The translations under genes were made by a program, and so were the position numbers. Below the pieces are notes generated by a model that saw only the letters and a list, made by a program, of their open reading frames with translations, was not told the DNA's origin and did not search any database. Of a DNA stretch of 64,000 bases, positions 22,701-36,491 are shown piece by piece. Origin of the DNA: Nymphaea colorata (lineage: Eukaryota); NCBI RefSeq assembly GCF_008831285.2, contig NC_045138.2, positions 26,350,001 through 26,414,000 on the forward strand, in the 5' to 3' direction. Each line of letters starts with the position of its first letter. Position 1 is the stretch's first letter.

Positions 22701-25700
22701 TCTCCTCTTTGACGGTGGTTCTTCTAAGTTCGATTTTTAAAAGATACTATTATGATAGTATTAAGGAGTATTGTCGTCATTGATTTTAAAATTAAAGATA
22801 TCATTATAATGCTAAGTGAACTGATTCTTGAAAAAAAAAAAAAAATATTACCTATTACAAGCATGCTTAATTGGATAGGTTTCATCTGCTTGAATCTTGA
22901 ATCTCTTTTCAAGTTTAGGGTCGAATTATATGACATTATGTTATCTTAGTACGAACTTATATTAATCTTTAAAATAAATTCATAACACAATTGTTATTGT
23001 TATCAAATTATTCAAAAACATTCAACTGGACCTTAGACTCGACAAAAATGTTGGACTCGAGCGGAGCTGCAGCCTATGACCATTGAGAAGTTTGACTTAA
23101 AATAAAAATATATTCTTTAATATAATTTCATATATATATTTATAAATAAGATATGTATAACTGTATATATTTAAGTAAAACAATAGTAAGTGGTAGCCTG
23201 AATTTGAATATGAATTATGAAAATTAAAGGCGGCAGCTTTTGAAATAGTTCCGTTTTGTAAAAAGGACCTACGGGACGGCCGTTATGCCCGCAGTCCCAG
23301 CCCACTGCGTAAAATCTGGAAAAGACTTATTTAAGGGCGCCAGCTTTTTATCTTATTTTTAGATTTCACATTTTTATTTTCAGATATACGAAAGTCTTTG
23401 GTTGAGCTTACTCAAAAAGCTTCTTGAATTATTCTTTCACCATAATAAAAATTGCCAAAGAAAATTCATAAATGGGAAAGTGCAGTTTTAGATCAAGGCA
23501 AAATTAGCTCATAGACAAATTCTCTTCTTAAGAATATATTGAAATGTTGATTTTAAAAGCCGCCTCGCTCTCACTTTCATTTTTCAATGGGGTTTGTCCA
23601 ACTATGTTAGCCGTCGTTGTTTATTCAGTCTAAGCAGTCAGTCAACCAGCCAGCTAAAACTACCATCGAAAAAAGAGAGAAATCATCAAAAGATCCTTGT
23701 TGCCTTGATATTCTGAAAAGGATTTTATCCGGATATATCGGGATAATCTTGTCTACTGAAAACATTAAATTGAATAAAAAAATTAATCTGTTTGAAAAGC
23801 ATGGTGTGTTCTATCATGTGAGAGAGGCAGCTGAAACAATTCCCTCGCATGAATTATGTTCGGAATTACTCCATTGGCAAAGCCTCCACACCAACCCCCA
23901 AGTCCCTAGATCGTAAAGTTTTTTTTATTGGAATCATTGTTTTCTAGGCTGAAGGAGCAATGAAATTTCATCTAGAATCTAACATGATCAAACTAAGAGA
24001 AATGGAGAGCGTGTAGTTTAAGTTACAGAATCACATTTTATGATCATGATCAATTGTGCACGGAACGAACAAAATTTCACAGAAATTCCCCATAAACTAG
24101 TTTACATGAATTGTGTAGTTGGTTGTTTTGAGGATTTCATGAAGTCTCTGTGTTCATACTCTAGCTTGATCTTGAAGACAGCGACATACTTTTTTCTTGA
24201 TTAGCTTTGTCAGGTCCGAATTCTTCAGCCAATGGGGTAAAGATTGAGGGTGGTCCGGAGTTCCTGCTGCTCTTGACCCTTGTGGTATTAAGAATTCTAT
24301 AATTTGTTCTTAGACCGGTAAACGCTCAACAATTGAAGATGATGAAAGGGTCCCATCCTTGAGAGACACTTGCTGACCTCTGAAAAAAATTCAAAGTGTG
24401 AAGAAGAAGCGAAACTTCACTCCTTTCATCGTTCTGAAGTCAAACAACGAAAAAATATTTGCAGAAACATTTTGCCGTTTCTGTGTTGTAAAGATAAGAA
24501 AAGAAAATCAAAAGAGAGAGTCAACCCCAACAGGTTTGGGTTTCCTCTTCAAAACTTATCTTGTAGAACGCAGGAAGAGATTTTTCGTTATAAAAAGTTT
24601 TTGCCATCAAGATTGAGAAGGCCTCTGACTCAAGTGCTTAAAAGATGATCAGGATGAGATACATAACCTCCCCAACATCTCAAAGTTTTGGGCTTCAAGA
24701 TTTGGGAGATGAAAATGGAGGGAAAAGGCTACAGATGAATCGCTATTCATCCTCCCTTTCCAACTACATGTTCAATATATAGCTGAAGAATGACTCGTAT
24801 TCTTTGAATTTTTGTTTTTGTTTTTGTCCCCATCTTCCAAACAGACTTTATAGAAACATTGTGCACCTTACTTCGTCAATGGCAGGAACCATATGGCCCA
24901 CACAATAGAGCAACGTTGTGAGTCGACAAAGGAAACGTGGTTTAAGTCTCAATAAAGGTGGGGAGGGAGAGGAGAGATATCCCGAAAAAGCCGAAGCCCC
25001 TTCCCTTTCTCAGACTGATTTGCGACCTTTCTCAGACTGCTTTGCGACCTGGATGGAGAGCAATATACCTGCCAACTAGAGTGTCAGCTTCAGCCTTTCA
25101 AAACAGACAAAATAATTTCTATACGATGGACCAGCTACCAAGTGCAGTGCTACTAGGCCAGGTCACAGGTAAGGCTGGACAGGCCCAGCCAGTCCAGCAT
25201 TACATGCATAAATTATTGAGCTTCAGAACAGGCTGGAAGATTAAAGACTATACCTGCGGCGTGAGGTTCACCATACTCATGCCATGCCCACTTCCTTTCA
25301 CTTCTGCACGTTAGGTGATTGTGTCCCATTACCGCAATGGATGTTCTCTTGCGATTCGATTTTTTCTCTTTATTGGAATATGTCACAGTTATACTGAAGG
25401 TAGCAAACTCATTCTGAAACTCAAGCCTTCATTCATCGAAACAAATACATTCTGTAACTGAGATACACCACCTTCAGCAATGAGTACGCTTTGCTTTAAC
25501 TCAGTTACCCATTCATGCAACAAAGTGAATGGATTGATATCAAAGTAGAACAGCCGCTAACAATAATGAAGAAAACAGAAGATAAAAGTAGCACACAATC
25601 TTGAGAAATTACACCTCCAAACCACTATGACATAGAATGAATCAGTTCTGGAATAAATATGCAACAAAATCCCACATTGCAAATTCGTAGTACTTTGCTG

Positions 25701-25730
25701 TGTATACAAGCGGCCAATGCTGCAGTGAAT

Positions 25731-25975
25731 CTTAAGCATGATGTAGACTAACACTGTAACACAATTTCCATCATTTTACATACGAAGTAATTAGTGTGTC
25801 TTAAATCTTCTCACACATTAGAAGGAAACCTTATCAAACAAAGGAACATCGATCTCAAGCTTAAGCATGACGTAGAATACCACAATTTCCATTATTTTAC
25901 ATACGAAGTAGAAGTAATGTGTCCCAAGTCTTCTCATACATTAGAAGGAAGCCTTATCCAACAAAAGGAAAATTA
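25731..25975. repeat. Tandem duplication with a 129-bp period, just downstream of the OCP3 stop
   Basis: CTTAAGCATGA..CACAATTTCCAT..TTTTACATACGAAGTA..TCTTCTCA..CATTAGAAGGAA at 25731 and 25860. Confidence 0.85.
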
Positions 25976-26057
25976 AACTGATTGATTCTCTTAGGGTACT
26001 GACTCCCTTGTGTAAGGACAGTCACCATGAGGAACTCTCACAAAAAAATGCACACTT

Positions 26058-26634
26058 TCATGAGATGGTTTCACGTTGGAAAGGAGCGCGTCTATCAGGG
26101 ACTCCATCCAAGGCACGTCTGTCCTCGAACCACTTCAACACAGACTTCCAAGGGAGGTTGGTGACATGCACAATGCTGCTGACCATGGCATTCTGTACGT
26201 AAAAGTTAGAAGTCAAAACATATTCAAGAAAAATACAGAAAAAATCCGATATTTTAACGATTCTGATATTTTTTTTTTTCATGCATCATTGCTCAAAAAG
26301 TCATTTCAACATCCTTTTGTGATCTCCATGCGTAAAAATTAATAAATTCATAAATTTCTTAGGCCCCAGCTTATTTCAGCATGTTTCTGTCAAAATGGTA
26401 AATTTTGATGGGAAAGTGGGAAATTTTCTCGGATGAGTGAAGCAAACAGTAAAAATGACATTTTTGTAGGACCCAGCCTCACAGTGAAAATACTTCTGCG
26501 GTAGCCACCTTTCAATGCACCTTCAACGCTGCAACTCATCCTTCCTGGCAAAATTCACTTTTTCTAGTGAAAGGCTTCTTCCCTCTCTCGGGTTGCTGGT
26601 AAAGGCCCAGTGGTCAGTCACAACAGATACAAGA

Positions 26635-26677
<43 letters not shown>

Positions 26678-29600
26678 TCACACACGCACAGCACAAATAT
26701 GGCCAAGCAATTTCTATCTTCACACCCATTTCTAACTTGAAACAAACATTACTTGTCATTTTTTCACCATTAAACAATCATTTTTTCAAATGTTTCACAG
26801 AAAAAGTATTTATTGGCTCTCCAACTTAACTTGGATTATAACTTCTCCATCAAAAATTTTTCCCTACCTAGAGCTCAAAAGAAATAGGATGTTATATATA
26901 CACTCTGAAAATCAGGAGAAAAAGAAAAGGGAAAGCACCTTCTGCACACAAATGTTCATAAATTAAAAAAAAAAAGGAAGTCAAAAGTTAAATCAAGTAT
27001 CTTATTGTAAGGCAAGCCCACCCAGATAGACAGTCCATAATGTCTCCGTTGGCATGCAAGTACTCTTCAGGAGAAAAAAATATATATATACGTCTATATG
27101 GCAAATATATATGCATGACATGTGTGCTCACTTAAATCTCCGGCCATGTCTTGCTGCAAAACCTATTTCTTTCTATCTCTACGTAGTATACTCTCTATTA
27201 GCTACTTATATGATAGTAGAGGGAGGGCTCACCCTTGTTAACATAATGTGCACTGCTTAGTATAACGTTCTATTGCAACTATTGGGAATTATGAATAGAC
27301 ACACATATAGGAAAATCTTCGACAAACATAACATAAGAAATGAGTAGCTCCAATAAGAGTGGATTGTACTGCAGACACCAGAACACATTGGTACATGCCT
27401 TGTCAACCAATCCAACAATACTCTGATCAACTTTAGAGGAAGACATCAGAAAGTGAGATCCAATCGTTTGGCCTAGCTCATATTGATGCCATTTTCTATC
27501 GACCATTATGGATAGCCAAGATATTAGCAGCTTGTAATAGCCTAATTTGGAGTTGATTCTTTTCGGTCGAGTCAAATTTGAATGCCACATAGACGTGATC
27601 TCCTACTTTGGCAGTTCAGGAAGGAAAAATAGAAACTTCGATAGAAAAACAAGCATACCTGTAAACAGACTGTATCATGAGAAATACAATATATGCGTAA
27701 GCGTTAAAAAAAAAAAAAACAAACAAGTTGCACCAATACACCGTACATTCTGCTTTTTACTTTTCTAAGGGCATACTAGCAATAAAAGACACAGCTACTT
27801 CAAGATAATTCTTTAGGAGCTCTAGATAACCAAATTGAACCAAATGGATGGCTTCCAGACAATTGTATTCATATAGAATTTATGGTTACTAGTAAATACA
27901 GCCCCATAAAATTAAGTTAATATAAAGCAAACCTTCAAAGTAAATACACGTAAACAGATATTCTCAAGATTGGGCTAAAGAACTCACAGTGGGACGCTTG
28001 CTACGAGCATAAACTCTCTCCATAGTTTCAATTTGCACTTTCTTCAGTCTTTTTTGCCCAGACCATCTGTTTCTCAAAATATGGATAGGCTCCTTCCCCT
28101 TACCTGCAGTCTTTTCAACTTCTGCAACTAAACTATCATCAGATTCGGTCTCAGCCTCTGTAGAAGAAGTCTCTACAGGTTTTCTTTCAGGTTCTACTTC
28201 TATAGGTGGTTGAATGACTTTATCCGGCAATGAAGCAGAAAGCAACAAAAGATCAGGAGGAGGATCGCGAAGCAGTTCAAGAACCACTGCCCTTTCAAGG
28301 CCTAGCTCAGCTGCCAAGCTTTTGATCTGACAGACAACAAATATAAGATCAGTATATTTTAAGTACCACTTTTACCAACTTAAGTTCCATAAAAAACACA
28401 AGCAAGGAGGCCTACGTTGGTCTTTCTGCGGCCAACCTTTAAGGCTGAAGCTAATCTTCGAAGTTGCCAACGCTTAAGCTTCACAGGTTCAACCTCTTCC
28501 TCATCAGCCTCATCACTTCCACCTTCTTCATTCTGAAGCAAAGACACTTCGTCATCTTCCACGTCATTAAGTGCATCTTCCAATTCTTGCTCAAGCTTTG
28601 CCAGATCTTCTTCAGTTATTTCGTCATCATCATTATCCAAAGCCAAGTCATCATTCTTCAAATCTTCTTCTAGCATGCTAAAAAGTGCTTCGAGGGCATC
28701 TTCATCAGCTTCAAGGGCACCGTCACCTGGATCTTCGTTATCACGTGAGTCTCGAACAATTTTCTGCAAGGGAAGACCTAAAGTCACAAACCAAACAGCT
28801 ATCAATTACTGTAAAGAAACCAGTCCGACCAGAAACCAAATGAGAATTGCAAAATAAAGCACCATCATCTTCTCCATAATACACCGCTCCGTAGGGAGGT
28901 AATCCAGAACTCTCACTGCCATGGAATATTGATGCCCATCAGCATTATTCATAGGTTAGAAGGAAAAAAGAAAAAGGAAATGTCAATACCCCAAATTGGT
29001 TCATGACATACTTCAGATTGCCACAAAACACAGCATGAACGCCAACTAGACCCCCTCAACGATGGTTGAATTTTCATCCACATCCTTCTTACTGCTAGCA
29101 ATTAAAACATATATTGCATCCTAACTCTGGACATACCTCCATACACCAAGATTAAACCACAAAGGTGCTTATTAGCTTCATCCTACTACTTCCTTCAAAT
29201 GGATGCAGTAAAAAAGGTGACCAAATTCAACATATGACACTGAACGACAATACGACAAGCAAGAAGAATATCCCATGAGGAAAACTAAGCGAAAACAAAA
29301 CAATTTACAAAGCATTCACAAAGAAAGCAGCTAAGAAGTCAGAGATGCGAATCAAAATGGCACCATAAAAATGCAACCAAAATCTATACGCTTCTCTTCT
29401 TCTTCCTTTGTTCCTCTTGTTTAAAATTGGTCCGATGTTCATATAACCAGATTTAACTATGAAGGACATAAAATTGAGAAAGATATAATGCTTCCCTACG
29501 AATCTTCAAAAGCACTAGAGACGCTCTGTAGTAGCTTCAGAATTGTGAAGCGACTTTGGTGAGAAACGAGCTTCCCCGGTGACTAAAGCAGCTAAAGGAA

Positions 29601-29906
29601 AACCAATAGAAAAGAGATAGTGGAGACCTCCTTGCGATTCCGTCGCGACTGGCGGGAGACTCCGGCGGACTTCCGACGACTAAAACAGAGGCGGAAACGA
29701 GAGTGGGAGAGGGTGGGCCTCGTAAGAGCGACGAAGTTAGGCGGCAGATTTCTGCCAGTCGACGAGGCTATTCCGCAACGGCCAAGGAAGCTGAAGGAGG
29801 AGGTAGAGAGGAATGGTGGGCACGATGAAGGAGAAGAAAGCACGGGCTTGGCGGTGGTGCCCATGAAGGGGGAGAAGGAACAGGATGGTGGTCGCGCTGC
29901 CCACAT
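26058..29906 (-). CDS. OCP3: OVEREXPRESSOR OF CATIONIC PEROXIDASE 3-like homeodomain protein, about 366 aa
   Basis: Exons 29906-29628, 28763-28416, 28326-27988, 26192-26058 (1101 nt). Transit-peptide-like N-terminus, acidic region, LKRWQLRRLASALKVGRRKTNIKSLAAELGL, and C-terminal homeodomain ending VLKWFEDRR. The start could instead be the ATG at 29864. Confidence 0.9.
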
Positions 29907-31663
29907 TTTCACCTATTACCAGCTTAGCTCTCCATCACCGACCGGCGAGTGGCAAGACATTCATGGGGTTTCTCTTGGCTTGAACTTCATTTTTATCGTG
30001 ATACGCAAAATAACACGTTATTTTTTTGCTATAAAGCGAAAATATCGACGTATAAGACATCTTACGTTTTAAGAGTTTCATTTTTAAGGGGAAAAAACGA
30101 ACGAAAACACACAGTTTATACCCTAACTCAAATCCTAAGAACAACTGAACATCACTAAAAAGTGTTTGATTACGTCATATTTCAAATTCACGGGTCTCAT
30201 GTATAAAATTATTCACATTAGGATTTTGTGGATATTTTCGATACTAAACTAACAGTATCATCCTTTTGATGTTCAGATTCAGTCTCGCAGACTTGTTTAA
30301 AATAAAATCCTGATGTCACTAGCACCGAAAATGACCTTCACATATATGTGGATATGGATTTTAGACAAATTTGGCTTTCATTTGGAGAATGGAGTGTTGG
30401 ACTATATTTCACACCAAAGTTCATTCCAAACCAATTGTGTCGAGGTCTCGGAGGAAAATGAGGGCCATAAGGAGATTGACAGCTTCAGGATGGTTCAAAA
30501 ACTGATTAAGGTCCCTCAAGGAGATCTATAACAGAGGCAGCTATGGAACTCATTTTATGTATCCAATCAATCCCAAGTTTCTAATCCACAAAAAAAAAAA
30601 GACAAGGGGTCTCTGTCCCATCTCAAGACAATGAAGCCAAACCGGATCTATATACTTAGAACTTCGAATAGTGCTTTAATATATGTGTTTGTGCTACAAC
30701 CATGTTTGTCATGGCAGGTCCTCGTAAGACTTGGTGGTCGGAGCTCAGCATAGTCATCAAGAAGAGATTGCTTAAGTTACAAAAACACAACATAAAACTA
30801 ATGAGTTTAAAAGCTCACACAAACCCAGCCCATTGATAGGCCTTGATTAAGAGGCCGCCTCTCACAATTGGAAGAAACTTCAAACATTGGCTTCTCTTCA
30901 GAGTTAAAGCCAAAACTTATTTCGAACCCAAATGCCAGGCGAATAATCCAACCAACAATGACGATGCATTTTAACCTAATGAGCCACTTTAAGTGTAGTT
31001 CGACCTTTAACACAAACGTCTAACGTAAAATATCCATAATTGCTATCTAAGGTGGATGCCATCGGATCAAATTTCAATTCTATACAGATATTCGGATATT
31101 GCTTGGTTTCTCTTGGAATTGGATACAGATTCAAATATAAAATAATACAAAAGCATATCCATTTGCATGCAATGTCTATAGAATTGAGTACAAAAGATCC
31201 TGTACTGCATCTGCATCAAGTTACTCGTGAATTTTCCCCAAAAAAAAAAAAACTACTTTCAGATTCAAACAAATGATGGATTATGATGAAATTTACTTGA
31301 GCATTGAAGGTTTCCTTCGGATTCCCTCCCGAGTAACACGTTTAACACCCTTTACGCTTCATTGAAATTTCTCAACATGATTTTCACATGACGCTTTCAT
31401 TTTCATATGTTTGTGAAGATAAGGAACACGTTTGCATATAAAACTCAAGCTGATGTTAATATTTCAACGTATTCGTCACCATAAAGCAAGCATACAAATG
31501 CCTACAGGTCAAAACAATACTAGATATCATCCGACTAGTAATTCAGCAACCTCTGTACAAAGAGAAGCTACACACTGCGACAATAGTAACCTCCCTGCTA
31601 TGTCACTTTCTTATAGCCCTATCCGCAGTTAGTGATGTCAAGGAGAAAGAACCAACCACACCT

Positions 31664-34600
31664 TCAAGAATACATGCTCTCCAGTTTTAGCAGAAAATCA
31701 TCATCATCATCATGTGCATCTGAAAATTCATCCTTTTCTGCAACCCTCCTGTTACTCGCTCCATCAGCTTCTTCATCGGGACCACTATTTCCGTCATTGA
31801 TATAACCATTCTTATGTTCTCTGGTATCTCTGTGTAAACTGCTCCTACAATCAGCAACAGAGTCCACTGAAATTGTGGTGGTCAGCTGAATGGCCTTGTC
31901 CAGTGATTTTGGTCTAATCTTATCTTTGAGTAGTTCATTTAGAGATTTTGGACCTTGGAACTGGTGAGACATATCTCTGCACCAATTCGCACAATCATTT
32001 TGCTCCAGGCATTTCAAACCATCCTCACTTTCTCTTACTCTCTTCTTCTCTTCTTTAATTTGTGAAAGAGATTTTGGTCCAGCAAAACCATCAGTTTTCT
32101 GGGTACTCCAAATATCATTCTGGCATTGTCCTCTTGCAATCTCTGACCGCACTGTAAAGTTTGGTTTTCTTTTCAGCTTGTCATGCTCCTGTCTCTTAAC
32201 ATGCCTCGACTTTGCATGTCCAGACCTGCCATGTTTTTTATTAGACCTCAAATTAGAATCCGCCTTACTGTACTGAACTATTCTGTTTTTCGCAACTTGC
32301 GACGACATTCTTTCATGCTTTTGTACCGAAATGCACCTTCCTTGCTGTCCTTTTCCAGTGTCACTCTTATGCAGTAAATGTGGATGATCTCCAGAGTAAT
32401 AACCAAATCTTCCATAATCAGTCCTGCGCTTCTTGAGGTGATCACGAAGATCTACAGAATTCCTATATCCCCCTTCAGTTTCATACTGCCGAACTCGTCT
32501 TCTACCATAAGGCACTAGTTGTTCAGGCATTCGTACCCTGAATTGCATAGCCGTTCTCTGCATTGAATCATACACATATTCCGTGGCTTCATAACCATCA
32601 AATGTCACATGCCGTCGAGGTAATTCAGCTTCTGAGTAATGCTCGAACCTGCCTGCATCTTCATAATCATGTTGTAGCAAGCGCCTGTGAAATTGGTCAA
32701 CGCCTCTGTCACGAAGCAACGTGTATTTTACATCTTCTTCAAACTCTGATTCATCATCAACAAGCACATCTAGCCCAGGAGATGACTCCCACCACTCTTC
32801 TCTTTCAGTGCCATTCATGTGGTCCTCTGAACACTCCAACAAATCTGGTTGCAAACTGACATAGTCATCTTCTTCAGGGAGAAGAGATTTAGATGATCTA
32901 ACTGTAGAATCATCAGCTTCTGGAGCACATGCCTGTGGTGAGGAGCAACGTTCAGTCTCGGAAACACCATCATCATGAATATCGCTTTTTTTGAGGCATG
33001 ATGTATGGGGGACTTTCAATGGAGTGCTAGTTCTATTCGGAGGACTGCTTGAGTCTGGTTCAGCACTAGTTACAGTTGGTGCCTTATTCTCCAATTGATT
33101 ACCAGTACTGTTGCCCTCAGCAACCTTTTCCAATTTCTCGGAAGGCTGAATACCATTTGGACCATGCATAAAGGGGCACTGATCCCCCTTAATGCAGTGC
33201 CCACTAGAATAAAAATAGCAAGGAACACTGGATTTGGGCTTTTTTGGTAGTGGTGGCAGTTGCAGTGCAGGAAGATATTCAGATGAGGTCTCTGTCCATG
33301 CATCTAGTGGCTGCAAGAAGCATTCCAGAATCAACTCAGAGAAATCTGAAGCTAAATTGTGAAAAAAGAACTGGACATAAGTGCCAAATCATTTGCAAGT
33401 CCAAATATGATCATTTCAATTATTCAACTCAACCTTATTTCAGATGTCCAAACTTGATAAAATAAAATTGTGCTGAAGAGGAACAGTAAGGTTTATTTGC
33501 TAACCATATGGCTCGACACAAACAATTCTCTTTGAAGCAGATACATGATCAATCAGAACAGGCTCCAAGGAATACAAGAGTAGCAGGTATTTTATTGTAA
33601 AGAAGGAAAATAAAGCAGCGAGGACTATACAGAAGTAGCACATAATCAGATCTGTTCCAACAATACAAAATGAACTGGAAAAAATAGCTATTTTCCAAAA
33701 ACTTCAAATGCACCTACAAAGGAACATGAAGCTCCAGAACTACTCTACGAGTTGGTTATTTCATTGGTGAAGGAAGCAAAAAACATGTCGTAGAATTCAG
33801 AAACTCAGATGCAATTTACGTTTTAGAATTTAGAGAGAGAGAACACCTTTGCCTGCAAAGCAGTTACCTAATAGAAAATCCAATGTATTGATGTTTTACT
33901 AAACAATATCATATATTCAAAAATCAAGATAAAGGCAGCTTTTGATACGTAGCAGCCTACTACCCCACCATCCAATTCAATGCTTTCTTAAATGGATGTA
34001 ATGCCAATGCATTAAAGTGATGTGAAAGGCTTGTATCCTTCTATTTGCAATTTTGGGACTAAAAATACCACAAGAAGAGCCTCTATGTTGCACTATTTTT
34101 TATAACAGTTCACCGTATGTTAAATTTATGTGAGAGTTTTCTTCAAAATATTGTGAGATCTTCTTGCTGTGGTCTTCCAAGGATGGGAATCATGAAATTA
34201 GAGCAAAACAGTTTGAGATCCTCACACAACTCGTTTTCAAGCACACATGCAAACCCCTCCACCCCCAACCCCCCACCAAACAAAACCCTATGTAACTTGT
34301 TTGCATTTTGAAGCCTCCACTACCAGAGAAGATGTAAAACGTTGGATCATCGTCTGCATTTTCTTCTTTTTTTGAAGCCTCCATTGCCAGGGGTCTTACC
34401 GTGTCTTCTGGAATAAATTAATTTTCAAGGGAGAGCATCTTTTTAAGATGCCATGAGTTCAAAAAACATTCTGGGTTCTATTATTTCAAAGTTCAAACAT
34501 CAAAGGAAATTATCTCCTCTCCATATCGCTAAGTCAACAGTTAGCCGCACATCAAGCTACTACATTGTCCAGGGTCACCGGAAAAGAAATCAACAGCATA

Positions 34601-35032
34601 ATAAGGCACCAAAAACCAAACAAGAAAGAAGGGCTCACCGGATGCCTGAATGCACAATGTGGGTTCAGGCAATTTCCCTGTAACCAGTACCAGCAGTCCC
34701 TGGGATTCAGCCGGGCACCTTCGCTGTGCCGAAACTCACATTCGCCGCCCTGCAGAAAACCCAACAAAACTTCACCTACAAACTTATCCAAATCATCCTT
34801 CCACAATGCACGGCAATCCATCAAAAGATTCAAAACAATGCTCCAAAAAGAAACCGGAAAAAACAAATCATTGGCTCCTATGAGATTCCTCGCATACAAG
34901 AAGTAACCAAACCTACGATTCAATGAAAACCAACAAAGGTTGCAGAGATTTGGGAATTACCTTCTTGCAAGTTAGAGGTGACGCTAAAAAATAGACGCAA
35001 TCGGTGTTCCGCTTCAGGAATTCATCCTCCAT
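31664..35032 (-). CDS. CCCH zinc-finger protein with three N-terminal fingers (C3H17/C3H34-like), about 609 aa
   Basis: Exons 35032-34961, 34749-34639, 33310-31664 (1830 nt). Motifs KRNTDCVYFLASPLTCKKGGECEFRHSE, DCWYWLQGNCLNPHCAFRH, PCYFYSSGHCIKGDQCPFMH; later ESSPGLDVLVD, DLRDHL and two FxGPKSL motifs. Confidence 0.92.
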
Positions 35033-35187
35033 TGCTCCACCAACTTATGAGAACCGCGGAAAAGAGACAGAAAGAGAGAGATAGACCGCCTTATCGATCC
35101 TCACCACTTGTTTCCTTCCTGAAAAAGGCAAGGAACCAGGGCCAAACCAAATAAAAGAAGAGAAAAGAAGAGACCTTCCCCTAGGGT

Positions 35188-35195
35188 TAGGGTTT
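35188..35195 (-). promoter_or_regulatory. Telo-box in the leader of the CCCH gene
   Basis: TAGGGTTAGGGTTT on + strand about 160 bp upstream of the ATG. Confidence 0.45.
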
Positions 35196-36491
35196 CCATC
35201 TCTGAATCTCCATCCATACGTAACCATGCAACATCAGAACTCTCGTTTCTCTCCCTCTCATCCTCCTCTCCCTCTCCCTCCCTCCCTCCCTCCCTTATAG
35301 GGGTGCCAAACGGGTCGGAGTTGAAACGAATGGACATAAATTCGGATCGAATTTCCAAGGAGATACCAATACTAAATCCACTCCAAGACCCAAACAAAGC
35401 TTTACCATGGCAAGTTATCCTAATTTGACACAAATGTAGGGGTGCAACTCCAGTCCCGGGTCCAGTTAAGACGTAAAAGAACCAGTTAGAGATCCAGTGT
35501 CCACAAACCCGGATCCAGTTATAAAAGTTTATGAACCAGACGAGGCCCATGAAGCATGCCTGGCGAAAACTAGTCTCATGTATTTTTTGCATTGAAATTT
35601 GTGGACGTTAATTGCAAATAATTATTGCCAATAAATTTTTGTGTTTTTTGAGCACCGATTATATTTGCAATAATTTGTCACACAGTAATGAACATAGTAG
35701 GCTCTTAGGAACCAATTTTAAACTTGAAAATTTTATAGAATCTTAGGAACCAAAAAACCCTCTTTCTCCAAGCTTCTCACTGTTCCCACTATGAAAAGCT
35801 TCTTCATTGGCTAGTAGGCTTTCTCTCAAATCGATGAATCCTCTGTGATTTTGATGAAATGGGCAAAATTTCTCTTTCTCACATCTCTTGGAGTCCTTAG
35901 AAACAAGAAAAAAGAGAGAGATGAGTGTTTAAACTTAAAAACTTGACGCAAAAAGTGGCCGTCGGACCCCTTTTTCAAGTTTTTCCCCGTATTGCATGAT
36001 GCAGGGGTGTATCACCCCCGTACACTTATGATACACGAGCGTATCGAGGATTGTAAGCGTACCGTATAGGTGAATGTTGGTAACTTGTATGGTAATGGAT
36101 TGTATTTCTCTGTCTATCTTCAGAAAAACAAGAACTCATGCAATAAACAGCATGTCAGCAACTAATCAGTACATATCTGATGCTCAAAACTGGCCAGTTG
36201 ATGATGCCCAAGGTAACTTAAGAATTTAAGACTCATCAAGCATCTTGAACCATTCATTATATCTGCAAGCCTCAGAATTTTGAAACTGGATCATGTGACA
36301 ATAGGAAGCCAACTTCATTTAATGATCAGCAAGTATCATGTTTCATTTTCATTAAGAATTTTCATCATTTTCTTAACTTCATGCTGAATTCTTGTCCGTT
36401 TCTGATCTTTGGGCCTCTTGGAGTTGGAAATTGTAGGGTCCAGCTTGCTGATTGAAAGCAGAAAGCAAGATCAAGTGAAACCAAGTACCAT

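Noticed and set aside
24100..25520. Intergenic stretch with short ORFs and weak inverted repeats; considered as a miRNA locus or hidden gene
   Set aside because: No conserved mature miRNA that I recognise, no long stem and no consistent exon chain.
35298..35545. TAGGGGTG start with GGATC-type motifs resembling hAT MITE ends (similar fragments near 30160, 31050 and 41510-41990)
   Set aside because: No matching opposite TIR or TSD found, so boundaries cannot be supported.
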